Source: Octopus bimaculoides
Taxonomy: Eukaryota
DNA: 38,020 nucleotides
Assembly: GCF_001194135.2 (NCBI RefSeq)
Contig: NC_069000.1
Location: 28,126,798 to 28,164,817 of the forward strand
Direction: 5' to 3'
This document shows positions 1-10,904 of this stretch, in pieces. The number at the start of each line of letters is the position of its first letter. Position 1 is the first letter of the stretch. The translations under genes and the position numbers were made by a program. A model generated the notes under the pieces. It was given only the letters and a program-made list of their open reading frames with translations. It was not told where the DNA came from and did no database searches.

Positions 1-545
1 GCAGTACCGGAGAACATCGACATCCTGTGGATTCTCTCCAAGTGAACTTTTGAATCACCGGCAGATACGAACAAGGATTGATTCTCTGCTGCCATCGCCA
101 GCACACATTGCTCAAGGCAAACAGTCTAAGGAAGCATATAAGTCTCAGGTGACTCCTGGCTCGACTGATGTCACTAAAGTTACCAGGCAGTACAAGGCCG
201 GAGATCCTGTGTATGCACTATACTATGGACCTCGCTGAGACAAAGATCCCCGATGGGTACCAGCAATCATTAAGAAGTCATTGGGTACTCGCTGCTTTAA
301 CGTGAAGGTCATACCTCATGGCCCGATGTGGAGACGACACTGAGAACAGCTGCGACCACGGTACACAACTGAGGAAGACAATGAAGCTGGTGATGCAGAA
401 AACACTGTATTTCAATTTGCAACAGATGACCCGATGGAGATCTCGGAAACTGTGTCACTAACTCAAAGACAAACCAGACCCAAGACCATGTTACCCGTTC
501 CAGAGTTTGGACCAGACAACCCAAGACGGTCCAAGAGAGACTTTG
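1..545 (+). pseudogene. Ty3/Gypsy (K02A2.6-like) integrase C-terminal remnant
   Basis: Translation gives QYRRTSTSCGFSPSELLNHRQIRTRIDSLL...YKAGDPVYALYYGPR*DKDPRWVPAIIKKSLGTRCFNVKV...WRRH*EQLR...PRRSKR. This matches the post-core integrase YRxT/SPxEL/R-IRT motifs and the typical C-terminal tail, with in-frame stops. Confidence 0.88.
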
Positions 546-575
546 CTGTTGATACTTCTTGTGTAACATCAATTT

Positions 576-849
576 CAGTGGGGAGGTGTTATAGGGAGTG
601 TTGGATAAGTTGTTCGTCTGACGTCTCGTGTGTCAATGTGGTTCGTCTGAGTTCATTGTTTCATTGTTGTTGTTTTGAATGACTGTGGTAGTAAAATGTC
701 ATTGATATATATGGTGGACATGACTTTTGTTTATTAGCATCGAACTTTCGGTGAGTGCGTTCTTTGTACGTAATTGAATAATAAATGTAATAATTAAATT
801 GTACAACTCGTTGTCTTTTCTCTGCGAGTCTCCCGAGAGGAATACAACA
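576..849 (+). mobile_element. Polypurine tract and 3' LTR of the Gypsy element at the window start
   Basis: Purine tract (ca)gtggggagg at ~576-586 is followed immediately by TGTT at 587. The LTR ends ...acAACA at 849 (TG..CA with a TGTT/AACA terminal inverted repeat). AATAAA at 780-785. Confidence 0.8.
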
Positions 850-862
850 ATTATTGTCATTC

Positions 863-1728
863 AAGGCAGTGAGCAGGTAGAATCATTAGCACGCTGGGCA
901 AGATGTTTAGTTATATTTCATCCATCTTTACATTCTGAGTTCAAATTCCACTGAGGTTGACTTTGCTTTTCATCCTTTCGGGGTTAATAAATTAAGTACC
1001 AATTGAACATTGGGGTTGATATAACTGACTTACCTGTTTCCTCAAAATTGCTGGCTGTGTGCCAACATTTGAAACCATTATCATTAGACAAAATTTTTAG
1101 TGGCGTTTCTTCTGGCTTTACGTTCTGAGTTCAAATCCCAGAAGAAAAGCAAAGTCAAGCCTTTCTTCTTTTCAGGGCAATGAACTACATACCAGTTAAG
1201 TTGATGTAACTGACTTGCTCACTCCCTACAAATTTAAGACCTTCTGCCTATAGTAGGAATGATTATTGTTATTATTATCAGTATTATTATTATTTCATTA
1301 TTATCATTAGTACAGCATGGAACTGGCAGAATTGTTAGCACTTCAGACAAAATGCTTTGTGGGATTTCTTCTAGCTGTTTATGTTCTGAGTTCAAATTCT
1401 ACTGAGGTCTACTTTGCCTTTTGACTTTTAGTGTTGATAAAATAAGTAGCATTCAAGCATGTAATCAACCAGGTCCCTCTACCTCACCTCCCCTCCCCAA
1501 AACTCTCAAGCCTTGTACTTATAGTAGAAACAATTGTTATTATTAAGACAGTTGTTATTATTGGTTATTCTTATTACACCACAGTATATGTCCATGATAC
1601 TTTTTTCACTTGCATCAGACCGTTTTTTGTGATCCTATTTTGGCGCTATACTTATTATTATGTGAGTATTTACCATTAGTGTCTTTGCTATTTAATATCA
1701 GTCTTATTATTATTATTATTATTATTAT

Positions 1729-1775
<47 letters not shown>

Positions 1776-1995
1776 AGGTGGTGAGCTGGCAGAATTGTTA
1801 GCATGCCAGGCAAAATGCTTAGCAGTATTTCGCCTGTCACTACGTTCTGAGTTCAAATTCCATCGAGGTTGACTTTGCCTTTCATCCTTTTGGGGTCAAT
1901 AAATTATGTACCAGTGAAACACTGGGGTCGAATTAATCAACTATTCTTCTCCACTGAAATGGCTGCTCTTGTGACAAATTTTGAAACCATTATTA
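863..1995 (+). mobile_element. Head-to-tail cluster of four tRNA-derived SINE copies (family A): ~863-1080, ~1085-1265, ~1315-1545, ~1773-1995
   Basis: Repeated head gagctggcagaat(c/t)gttagca, B-box-like gttctgagttcaaattcc, core gaggt(c/t)gactttgcctttcatcc...taagtaccag and (ATT)n tails. Confidence 0.88.
1705..1772. repeat. Compound microsatellite (TAT)n(TAG)n
   Basis: Directly visible trinucleotide runs. Confidence 0.97.
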
Positions 1996-2080
1996 TTAGC
2001 CACATGTTAGTCCTTGTGACTAATAAAAGAAATAATTGTTATTATTATTATTACTGCAATTACTACTACGACTACCATTA

Positions 2081-2441
2081 TTACCTCTGCCTTAGTGAAA
2101 GCAGAGGTATTGTTTTCAGTCGTGTTTGTTTGTCCATGAACAAGATATCTCAAGAACCACTGGATGGATGAGGATGAAACTTTCAGGGATGTTTGGCCTT
2201 GTGACTGGCACAAACTGATTAGATTTTGGGATCAATTTGGTAAAAGGACAAGGATTCTGGATTATTTTTCCTGTTTTTTTACTTTATTTTTGGGAACAGT
2301 TGGATTCATTTTTAGCATTCTCGTCTGTGAGGGCAGTCGAGTTTATTTCAGATATTCTGATTTTAAAAATCATCTCTGGCTAATTGTTGAGAGGATGTTG
2401 GTGTTGCCTTGGCAGAGGTTTGCGCTCTCTGAGTGCTCGTT
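2081..2441 (+). mobile_element. Non-autonomous Helentron-type (HINE/DINE-1-like) element
   Basis: 5' hairpin tacctctgc...gcagaggta (2082-2109); subterminal inverted repeat cctctgcc / ggcagagg (2411-2418); 3' stem-loop gcgctctctgagtgc (2422-2436); gtttgtttgtc motif; T-rich flanks. This is the known HINE architecture. Confidence 0.7.
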
Positions 2442-3295
2442 ATTATTATTATTGTGAGTGTTCACTGTTAGTGTCTTTCGCTATTTAATATCAGTCTTAT
2501 TTTTATTACTATTATTATTATCAATAATATTAATATGCCAATTTGTTTTTTGTATGCACCTGAGGTGTGTGTCACACTTAAGAGAAAGAATTTGTTGCTG
2601 AAATAAAAAATTTTAACTAGATCTCTTGTAATTACTGGAAGAGATTTGAAACCAACACCCATGCCTACTGGGCCACCGAAGCAGCAATGATCTTGATGAG
2701 AAAATTAAGATACTTAAATTTGTCAAGCAAGGGAGAAAGGAAGTGAGAAAGAAAGAGAGAGTGAAAGGGAGTGGCTAATAGGTATTTGGATTCCTTTCTC
2801 GATTGAACTGAAATTGACCCCTGGCTATTAAAGGCCCAACCACACACATATTTTTTAGGTCTTCTACCCATTTGAATTTGGACATACACCAGATAACATG
2901 TTAAGTCTTATGTTCCGAAATTTAAATTTTGAAATTATTTTAATTATAAAATTACACCTCAGCTAAAAATCATCTTTTGGCTTTCAAATACAACCCTTTC
3001 TTTCTCTTTCTATATTTTTGTTAAGTTACAATTTCTCTGTTTTCGAATTTCTTTTTACTTGTATCAAGTAATGGATGAAAGCATTTAAAAAAAAATTAAA
3101 TTCATAGAGCCGAACAAAATCAAAAATATTAATTCTATATTTTCCCTTTCCTTAATACTAACAAGAGCATAGTAAGAGAGAGATTTGGCTGTTACTTCTA
3201 GCAAATTGAACAGCCACACAGTTGTTCAATTGGCTCATTTCTTGATGTGTATAAGTAAACAAAAACTAACAGACACACTCACACACACATAGCTC

Positions 3296-3310
3296 TATAT
3301 ATATATATGA

Positions 3311-3355
<45 letters not shown>
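3296..3355. repeat. (TA)n/(TG)n microsatellite abutting an assembly gap
   Basis: Directly visible. Confidence 0.97.
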
Positions 3356-4574
3356 NNNNNNNNNNNNNNNNNNNNNNNNNNNNNNNNNNNNNNNNNNNNN
3401 NNNNNNNNNNNNNNNNNNNNNNNNNNNNNNNNNNNNNNNNNNNNNNNNNNNNNNNNNNNNNNNNNNNNNNNNNNNNNNNNNNNNNNNNNNNNNNNNNNNN
3501 NNNNNNNNNNNNNNNNNNNNNNNNNNNNNNNNNNNNNNNNNNNNNNNNNNNNNNNNNNNNNNNNNNNNNNNNNNNNNNNNNNNNNNNNNNNNNNNNNNNN
3601 NNNNNNNNNNNNNNNNNNNNNNNNNNNNNNNNNNNNNNNNNNNNNNNNNNNNNNNNNNNNNNNNNNNNNNNNNNNNNNNNNNNNNNNNNNNNNNNNNNNN
3701 NNNNNNNNNNNNNNNNNNNNNNNNNNNNNNNNNNNNNNNNNNNNNNNNNNNNNNNNNNNNNNNNNNNNNNNNNNNNNNNNNNNNNNNNNNNNNNNNNNNN
3801 NNNNNNNNNNNNNNNNNNNNNNNNNNNNNNNNNNNNNNNNNNNNNNNNNNNNNNNNNNNNNNNNNNNNNNNNNNNNNNNNNNNNNNNNNNNNNNNNNNNN
3901 NNNNNNNNNNNNNNNNNNNNNNNNNNNNNNNNNNNNNNNNNNNNNNNNNNNNNNNNNNNNNNNNNNNNNNNNNNNNNNNNNNNNNNNNNNNNNNNNNNNN
4001 NNNNNNNNNNNNNNNNNNNNNNNNNNNNNNNNNNNNNNNNNNNNNNNNNNNNNNNNNNNNNNNNNNNNNNNNNNNNNNNNNNNNNNNNNNNNNNNNNNNN
4101 NNNNNNNNNNNNNNNNNNNNNNNNNNNNNNNNNNNNNNNNNNNNNNNNNNNNNNNNNNNNNNNNNNNNNNNNNNNNNNNNNNNNNNNNNNNNNNNNNNNN
4201 NNNNNNNNNNNNNNNNNNNNNNNNNNNNNNNNNNNNNNNNNNNNNNNNNNNNNNNNNNNNNNNNNNNNNNNNNNNNNNNNNNNNNNNNNNNNNNNNNNNN
4301 NNNNNNATATATACACATGCATATATGGGTACAGGATATCACCAACAGTGCAAATAAAATGAAATACGTAAACAAATTAGTTAACTATATAAACAGCGAG
4401 AAAAAATGGAAAACAGGACAAGTAAACACAGAGGAAGGACCCGTCATCAGTTGTCGGTTGTCTATCTACTCCTCATTTCAAGCATTCAACGACAATATGA
4501 GTCTTCAAAGACAGTTGCTCCCATAAATTCTGAAATAGAATTTAGGATTTATAGAGGGTCAAAGTTGGGAACAA

Positions 4575-5420
4575 AAACATGACAGAAAAGTTGGACCTAA
4601 GAAGCGTCAGATGTGGTGTGCAAGAGAGACTTTTCTGGTATGGTCATGTGACAAGAATGGATGAGGATAGCTGTGTGAAAAGGGGCCACACCCTAGCAGT
4701 TGAGGGAACCTGTGGAAGAGGTAGACCCAGGAAGACCTGGGATGTGGTGGTGAAGCATGACCTTCGAACATTAGGCCTCACCAAGGCAATGACTAGTGAC
4801 CGAGACCTTTGGAAATATGCAGTGTGCGAGAAGATCCAGCAAGCCAAGTGAGAGCATAACCCATGGCCTATGTCAGGGGTGTAACCAGCCCACTTATGTG
4901 TACCTTTCGTTCATTGGACACTAAACTCTGCTTGTGAAAACCTGTTGAGGCAAGTGAAATCAAAATCAAATCAAATTCGCAAATTCGATGACTGGCACCC
5001 GTGCCAGCGGAGCGCTAAGAGCACCATCTGAGCGTGATCGCTGCCAGAGCAGCTGACTGGCTTCCATGCTGGTGTCATTTAAAAAGCACCATTCGAAGTG
5101 ATCGTTACCAGAGTCGCCTTACTGACACTTGTGCCGGTGAGGTCGTTGCCAGTGCCGCCAAACTGGCTCCTGTGCAGGTGGCATGTAAAAAATACCACTT
5201 GAGTGTGGCCGTTGCCAGTACTGCCTGACTGGCCCTCGTGCTGGTGGCACGTAAAAGCACCCACTACACTCTCAGAGTGGTTGGCATTAGGAAGGACATC
5301 CAGCTGTAGAAACTCTGCCAGATCAGTTTGGAGCCTGGTGCAGCCATCTGGCTCGCCAGTCCTCAGTCAAATCATCCAACCCATGCCAGTATGGAAAGCA
5401 GACGTTAAACGATGATGATG
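4575..5420 (+). mobile_element. 5'-truncated RTE-clade LINE (family 1): ORF2 C-terminus, long 3' UTR and (GAT)n tail
   Basis: RLFWYGHVTRMDEDSCVK...GTCGRGRPRKTWDVVVKHDL...DRDLWK is the RTE C-terminal WxGHVxRM / GRPxxxW / DRxxW motif set. The UTR ends ggttggcattaggaaggacatccagctgtaga...gacgttaaac(gat)n. Confidence 0.9.
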
Positions 5421-5424
5421 ATAT

Positions 5425-5645
5425 GTATATATGTGTGTGTTTGTGTCTGTGTTTGTCCCCCCACGACCATTGCTTGACAACCAATATTGGTGTGTTTGCG
5501 TCCCTGTAACTTAGCAGTTCAGCAGCAGAAGAGACTAATAGAATAAGCACCAGGCTTACAAGGAATAAGTCTAGGAATCAATTTCTTCAACTAGAGGGTG
5601 GTGCTCCAGTATGGCCACCGTCAAATGACTGAAACATGTAAAAGA
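5425..5645 (+). mobile_element. SINE family B, 3' half
   Basis: gtgtttgtcccccc...gcttgacaacc...gtaacttagcagttc...ggtgctccagtatggcc...gtcaaatgactgaaaca; the same sequence recurs at 10535-10745 and, inverted, at 23185-23375. Confidence 0.8.
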
Positions 5646-5834
5646 ATATGAGAAAAACGTTCTCTATCACTAAACCAAGAGGGTTCTCTGAATATGTACA
5701 ATGTATTTTAAGGCAAAATAGTAGTTCTGTTTACATTTGTGTAGCTGAGATATTTTGGTTGGATTATATAGTTATTGGTTTTACACTTCTTTCTATATTC
5801 TGTAACTGTCACAATATACTTTTCTACAATAGAC

Positions 5835-6005
5835 ACAAGTCCTGAAATTTGGTGGAGGGGGTGGGGAGAGGGCCAGTCGATTAGATCGACCCAGTATGTA
5901 AATGGTACTTAATTTATCAACCCCAAAAGAATGAAAGGCAAAGTCAACCTCAGCAGAATTTGAACTCAGAACGTAAAGACAGACAAAATGCCGCTAAGCA
6001 TTTGA
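5835..6005 (-). mobile_element. SINE family A, head truncated
   Basis: Reverse complement of the family A core (ggtacttaatttatc...gaaaggcaaagtcaacctcagcagaatttgaactcagaacgtaa). Confidence 0.85.
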
Positions 6006-6065
6006 GTGTGATNNNNNNNNNNAGAATTTGAACTCAGAACGTAAAGACAGACAAAATGCCGCTAA

Positions 6066-6426
6066 GCATTTGAGTGTGATCGTTACCAGCGTCACCTTAC
6101 TGGCACTTGTGCTGGTGGCATGTGAGAAAACATTTGAGTGAGGTTGTTGCCAGTGCCGCTGGACTGGCTCCTGTGCAGGTGGCACGTAAAATACACCATT
6201 TTTAGCTTGGCCGTTGCCAGTACTGCCTGACTGGCCATTGTGCCGGTGTCACGTAAAAGCACCCACTACACTCTCAGAGTGCTTGGCGTTAGGAAGGGCA
6301 TCCAGCTGTAGAAACTCCGCCAGATTAGATTGGAGCCTAGTGTAGCCATCTGGTTTGCCAGTCCTAAGTCAAATCGTCCAACCCATGACAGCATGGAAAG
6401 TGGACGTTAAACGATGATGATGATGA

Positions 6427-6430
<4 letters not shown>
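6066..6430 (+). mobile_element. RTE family 1 3' UTR fragment with (GAT)n tail, followed by (TA)n to ~6460
   Basis: Homologous to 5095-5420, including the repeat units and the ggcgttaggaagggcatccagctgtagaa tail. Confidence 0.88.
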
Positions 6431-6462
<32 letters not shown>

Positions 6463-6599
6463 ATAAAATGCTCTTACCTAATGAAAATCTGAAATGCTGG
6501 GGGATTAAAACAACGAATTGAAATAAGAAGTTTTAGCAAATCAAAACAATTTGCATTGAAATGAAGAATTAGCAAAATGCTGAATAGATTACTGTTAAT

Positions 6600-6860
6600 A
6601 AGCTGTCTGTTTACACCCATGAAACATTTTAATCAAATTGAGTATTTTTCCTCAAATTGATGTTATGATGGCTAGTGCGAAACATGCCGTAATTTATGGT
6701 TTTTGAAAAATTGATGCTGATTAAAAATCAATTTTTTAGAAATTCCAAGTGTGTAAGTGAATGCATGGGTATAAGTCCAACACCCGTGTCAAGTTTCATG
6801 AAGGTTTGTTGGATAGTTTCGGTGGAGTTAATGTAACAAAATCACAAACACACAAACAGG
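6600..6860 (+). mobile_element. Possible Helitron/HINE-like or other non-autonomous DNA element fragment
   Basis: Contains gtcaagtttcatgaaggtttgttggatagtttcgg...acaaacacacaaacag, resembling DINE/HINE core text. Termini were not identified. Confidence 0.35.
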
Positions 6861-8160
6861 GAGACTTCCGAAAAAGGTAAAGAAAGGCATTATACACCCT
6901 ATCTATAAGGGAGGTAGCAGAGCAGATGCTAAGAATTATAGCCCCATCTCTCTAACTTCCCATGTCAGCTAAGTCATGGGGTGCATTGTCAGGATGAAAC
7001 TAATTGCGTTCCTTGAAGATAATGACTTGCTTCCTGACACCCAGCATGGCTGTCACTCAGGCAGAAGCTGCCTTACACAACTTTTGCAAAACTATGACTG
7101 AGTGTTGAAACAATTAACGAATGGCTGAAATGTAGTTGTGATATATCTCGACTTTGCAAAGGCTTTTGATAAGGTTGATCATGGGATGATATGTTACAAA
7201 CTACAGCGATTCAACATAACTGGGAAAATCAAAGAATGGTTGCATGACTTCTAAAAAGGCAGAAACCAGGCTGTAACAGTCAACAGAGCCCTCTCCACGG
7301 GCTCTGTTTAATAGAAAGTGGAGTGTCTCAGGGAACTGTATTGGGACCACTGCTGTTCATGGTGGCTCTTTCAGACATGCCATCAGTTACACAGATAGCT
7401 ACACTTACTAGCTATGCCAACGACACGAAAGTAGTACAAGCAATCAAGGAACCTTCTGATGCTACTCTTCTACAAAAAGACTTAGATGCCATATATAAAT
7501 GGGCTGAGGACAACAACATGCAATTTAATGCAGGCAAATTCCAAGCCCTCTGCTACCAGCTAATTGGTGCTCAGAAGTCACAATACTTAGGATTGATAGC
7601 AATGATGCCTCGTTTCACAGGCATGTCACCAAGATGGTAGCAGTGTGCAAGATGAATTCTGAGAACCCTCAGAACAAGGGACCAGGAAACTATATTGTAG
7701 ACATTTGACCTTAGCCGTCTAGACTACTGATCTCAATTGTGGTCACCTTGCACTGTAGGATTAGTAGCAGAAATTGAGGCAGTTCAGCAATACTACATGA
7801 AGATTGCATCAATAGAACAGCTGAGTTACTGGGAGAGGCTGAAAGAGTTATGACTTTACTTCCTGGAGCAAAGACGGGAGAGGTATGCAGTGATATATGT
7901 GTGGAAGATACTGGAGGGGCTGGCACCAAACTTTGGAATTGAGAATCATACAAGACCTCGAAATAGACATCACTGTACTGTTCAAAAAGTCCCAGCTATC
8001 TCATCTAGAGTGAGGACAATGTACTACAAAAGCCTGGGATTCAAGGGCCCACAGCTATTTAACTTCTTGCCAAAATATTGGAGAGATCTCCATGGAGTGG
8101 GAGTAGATGTTTTTGAAAAACAGCTTGACCTCTTCCCATCCAAGATCCCAGATGAACCAA
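6860..8160 (+). pseudogene. CR1/L2-group LINE reverse transcriptase remnant
   Basis: NYSPISLTSHVS; QHG..SGRSCLTQLL; IYLDFAKAFDKVDH; SGVSQGTVLGPLLF; SYANDTK (YADD degenerate); LQKDLDAIYKWAEDNNMQFN; C-terminal YVWKILEGLAP...GPQLFNFLP. Stops and frameshifts present; runs into a gap. Confidence 0.88.
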
Positions 8161-8884
8161 TNNNNNNNNNNNNNNNNNNNNNNNNNNNNNNNNNNNNNNN
8201 NNNNNNNNNNNNNNNNNNNNNNNNNNNNNNNNNNNNNNNNNNNNNNNNNNNNNNNNNNNNNNNNNNNNNNNNNNNNNNNNNNNNNNNNNNNNNNNNNNNN
8301 NNNNNNNNNNNNNNNNNNNNNNNNNNNNNNNNNNNNNNNNNNNNNNNNNNNNNNNNNNNNNNNNNNNNNNNNNNNNNNNNNNNNNNNNNNNNNNNNNNNN
8401 NNNNNNNNNNNNNNNNNNNNNNNNNNNNNNNNNNNNNNNNNNNNNNNNNNNNNNNNNNNNNNNNNNNNNNNNNNNNNNNNNNNNNNNNNNNNNNNNNNNN
8501 NNNNNNNNNNNNNNNNNNNNNNNNNNNNNNNNNNNNNNNNNNNNNNNNNNNNNNNNNNNNNNNNNNNNNNNNNNNNNNNNNNNNNNNNNNNNNNNNNNNN
8601 NNNNNNNNNNNNNNNNNNNNNNNNNNNNNNNNNNNNNNNNNNNNNNNNNNNNNNNNNNNNNNNNNNNNNNNNNNNNNNNNNNNNNNNNNNNNNNNNNNNN
8701 NNNNNNNNNNNNNNNNNNNNNNNNNNNNNNNNNNNNNNNNNNNNNNNNNNNNNNNNNNNNNNNNNNNNNNNNNNNNNNNNNNNNNNNNNNNNNNNNNNNN
8801 NNNNNNNNNNNNNNNNNNNNNNNNNNNNNNNNNNNNNNNNNNNNNNNNNNNNNNNNNNNNNNNNNNNNNNNNNNNNNNNNNNNN

Positions 8885-10101
8885 AATGGTGTATTTTACC
8901 TGCCACCTGCACAGGAGCCAGTCCAGCGGCACTGGCAATGATCTCGCTCGAATGTTTTTTTTTTCACGTGCCAGGAAGGTGATGCTGGTAACAATCATGC
9001 TCAAATGGTGCTATTTACCTGCCACTGGCACGGAAGCCAGTCAGCTGCCCTGGCAATGATCGCACCCCACTGGTACAGGTGCCAACACAATTTCAAATTC
9101 ACTTGCCCCAACAGGTCTTCACAAGCCAAGTTTAGTGTCCAATGAAGGAAAGGTTGGCATGGGTGCCAGTTGTCGAATTCGATTTCACTTGCCTTAATAG
9201 GTCTTCACAAGCGGAGTTTAATGTCCAATGAAGGAAAGGTATGCATAAGTGGGCTGGCTACACTCTTGGTAGAGGCCATGGATTATGGTCTCACTTGGCT
9301 TGCCGGGTCTTATCACACACAGCATATTTCCAAAGGTCTCGGTCACAAGTCATTGCCTTGGTGAGGCCTAATGTTCGAAGGTCGTGCTTCACCACCTCAT
9401 CCCAGGTCTTCCTGGGTCTACCTCTTCCACAGGTTCCCTCAACTGCTAGGGTGTGGCACTTTTTAACACAGCTATCCTCATCGATTCTTACCACATAAAC
9501 ATACCAGTGCAATCGTCTCTCTTGCACACAACTGATGATTCTTAGGTTCAACTTTTCTCTCAAGGTACTTACACTCTGTCGAGTATACACACTGACATTA
9601 CACATCCATCGGAGCATACTGGCATCATTCCTTGTGAGCTTACGCATGTCCTCAGCAGTCACGGCCCATGTTTCACTACCATGTAGCATGGCTGTTCGTA
9701 CACATGCGTCATACAGTCTGCTTTTACTTTGAGCGAGAGGCCTTTTGTCACTAGCAGAGGTAAGAGCTCTCTGAACTTTGCCCAGACTACTTTCAGCGCA
9801 CTCTTCCCCACTACTAACTTGGTCACCTATCTACTACGTCAAGTTGTTCTCCCTGGAATGTGACAGAAGTTGTTTTCTGCACATTTTCAGTGTCTATTGC
9901 TCCTGAACATCTGACACATACAAAAACTAACTTCCTGGGTACATCTTATAGAGTTTCTGCCTACACCTTTTCTACAGATCGAGCAGGGCCATCTACCTGA
10001 AGGGGTTTGTGGTTTGTCTACCTTCCTACTTATTAAGACTTTGGTTTTAGCTAGGTTGACTCTAAGGCCCTTCAATTCTAGTCCTTGCTTCCACACCTGA
10101 A
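8885..10101 (-). mobile_element. RTE family 1 LINE fragment (late RT, C-terminus and 3' UTR), bounded by gaps
   Basis: WKQGLELKGLRVNLAKTKVL...LYDACVRTAMLHGSETW...MLRWMCNV...GRGRPRKTWDEVVKHDL; the C-terminus and UTR are homologous to 4575-5260. Confidence 0.9.
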
Positions 10102-10534
10102 NNNNNNNNNNNNNNNNNNNNNNNNNNNNNNNNNNNNNNNNNNNNNNNNNNNNNNNNNNNNNNNNNNNNNNNNNNNNNNNNNNNNNNNNNNNNNNNNNNN
10201 NNNNNNNNNNNNNNNNNNNNNNNNNNNNNNNNNNNNNNNNNNNNNNNNNNNNNNNNNNNNNNNNNNNNNNNNNNNNNNNNNNNNNNNNNNNNNNNNNNNN
10301 NNNNNNNNNNNNNNNNNNNNNNNNNNNNNNNNNNNNNNNNNNNNNNNNNNNNNNNNNNNNNNNNNNNNNNNNNNNNNNNNNNNNNNNNNNNNNNNNNNNN
10401 NNNNNNNNNNNNNNNNNNNNNNNNNNNNNNNNNNNNNNNNNNNNNNNNNNNNNNNNNNNNNNNNNNNNNNNNNNNNNNNNNNNNNNNNNNNNNNNNNNNN
10501 NNNNNNNNNNNNNNNNNNNNNNNNNNNNNNNNAT

Positions 10535-10745
10535 ATGTACGTGTCTATTGTGTCTGTTTGTTTCTACACCATCGCTTGACAACCGATGTTGGTGTGTTTA
10601 CATCCCCATAATCTAGCAATTCAGCAAAAAGAGACCGATAAATAAGTACTAGGCTTACATAGAATAAGTCCTGCGGTCAATTTATTCGACTAAAGGTGGT
10701 GCTCCAGCATGGCCACAGTCAAATAACTGAAACAAGTAAAAGAAT
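10535..10745 (+). mobile_element. SINE family B, 3' half
   Basis: Homologous to 5425-5645. Confidence 0.82.
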
Positions 10746-10904
10746 ATATTGACCAATGGCAGCCCATCCCGGCCCAATTTCCATAATCATTTTGGAATTC
10801 CTCTGTCTCTGCATTCAGCCAACTGAGCCTGATGAGCTAGATTTGAGTGATGCGTTTATGAATCTTTAAGTTACATAGGGCTGACTCAAACTGTTTTTAA
10901 ATAT

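Noticed and set aside
863-960. tRNA-like A/B boxes in SINE heads (also the weak one at ~2645-2690 on the minus strand)
   Set aside because: No complete cloverleaf could be drawn. These are SINE promoters or remnants, not tRNA genes.
4990-5262. Repeat units as a possible CRISPR array
   Set aside because: The units are diverged along their whole length with no unique spacers, lie in a LINE UTR in a eukaryotic context, and no cas genes are present.
5955-6080. Exact ~58-bp direct repeat on either side of a 10-N gap
   Set aside because: Identical copies abutting a placeholder gap are the typical signature of unmerged overlapping contig ends.
3266-10582. Long ORFs in the track that span N runs (also 34458-36180)
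   Set aside because: They stay open only because N codons translate as X. Only the flanking real sequence was interpreted.
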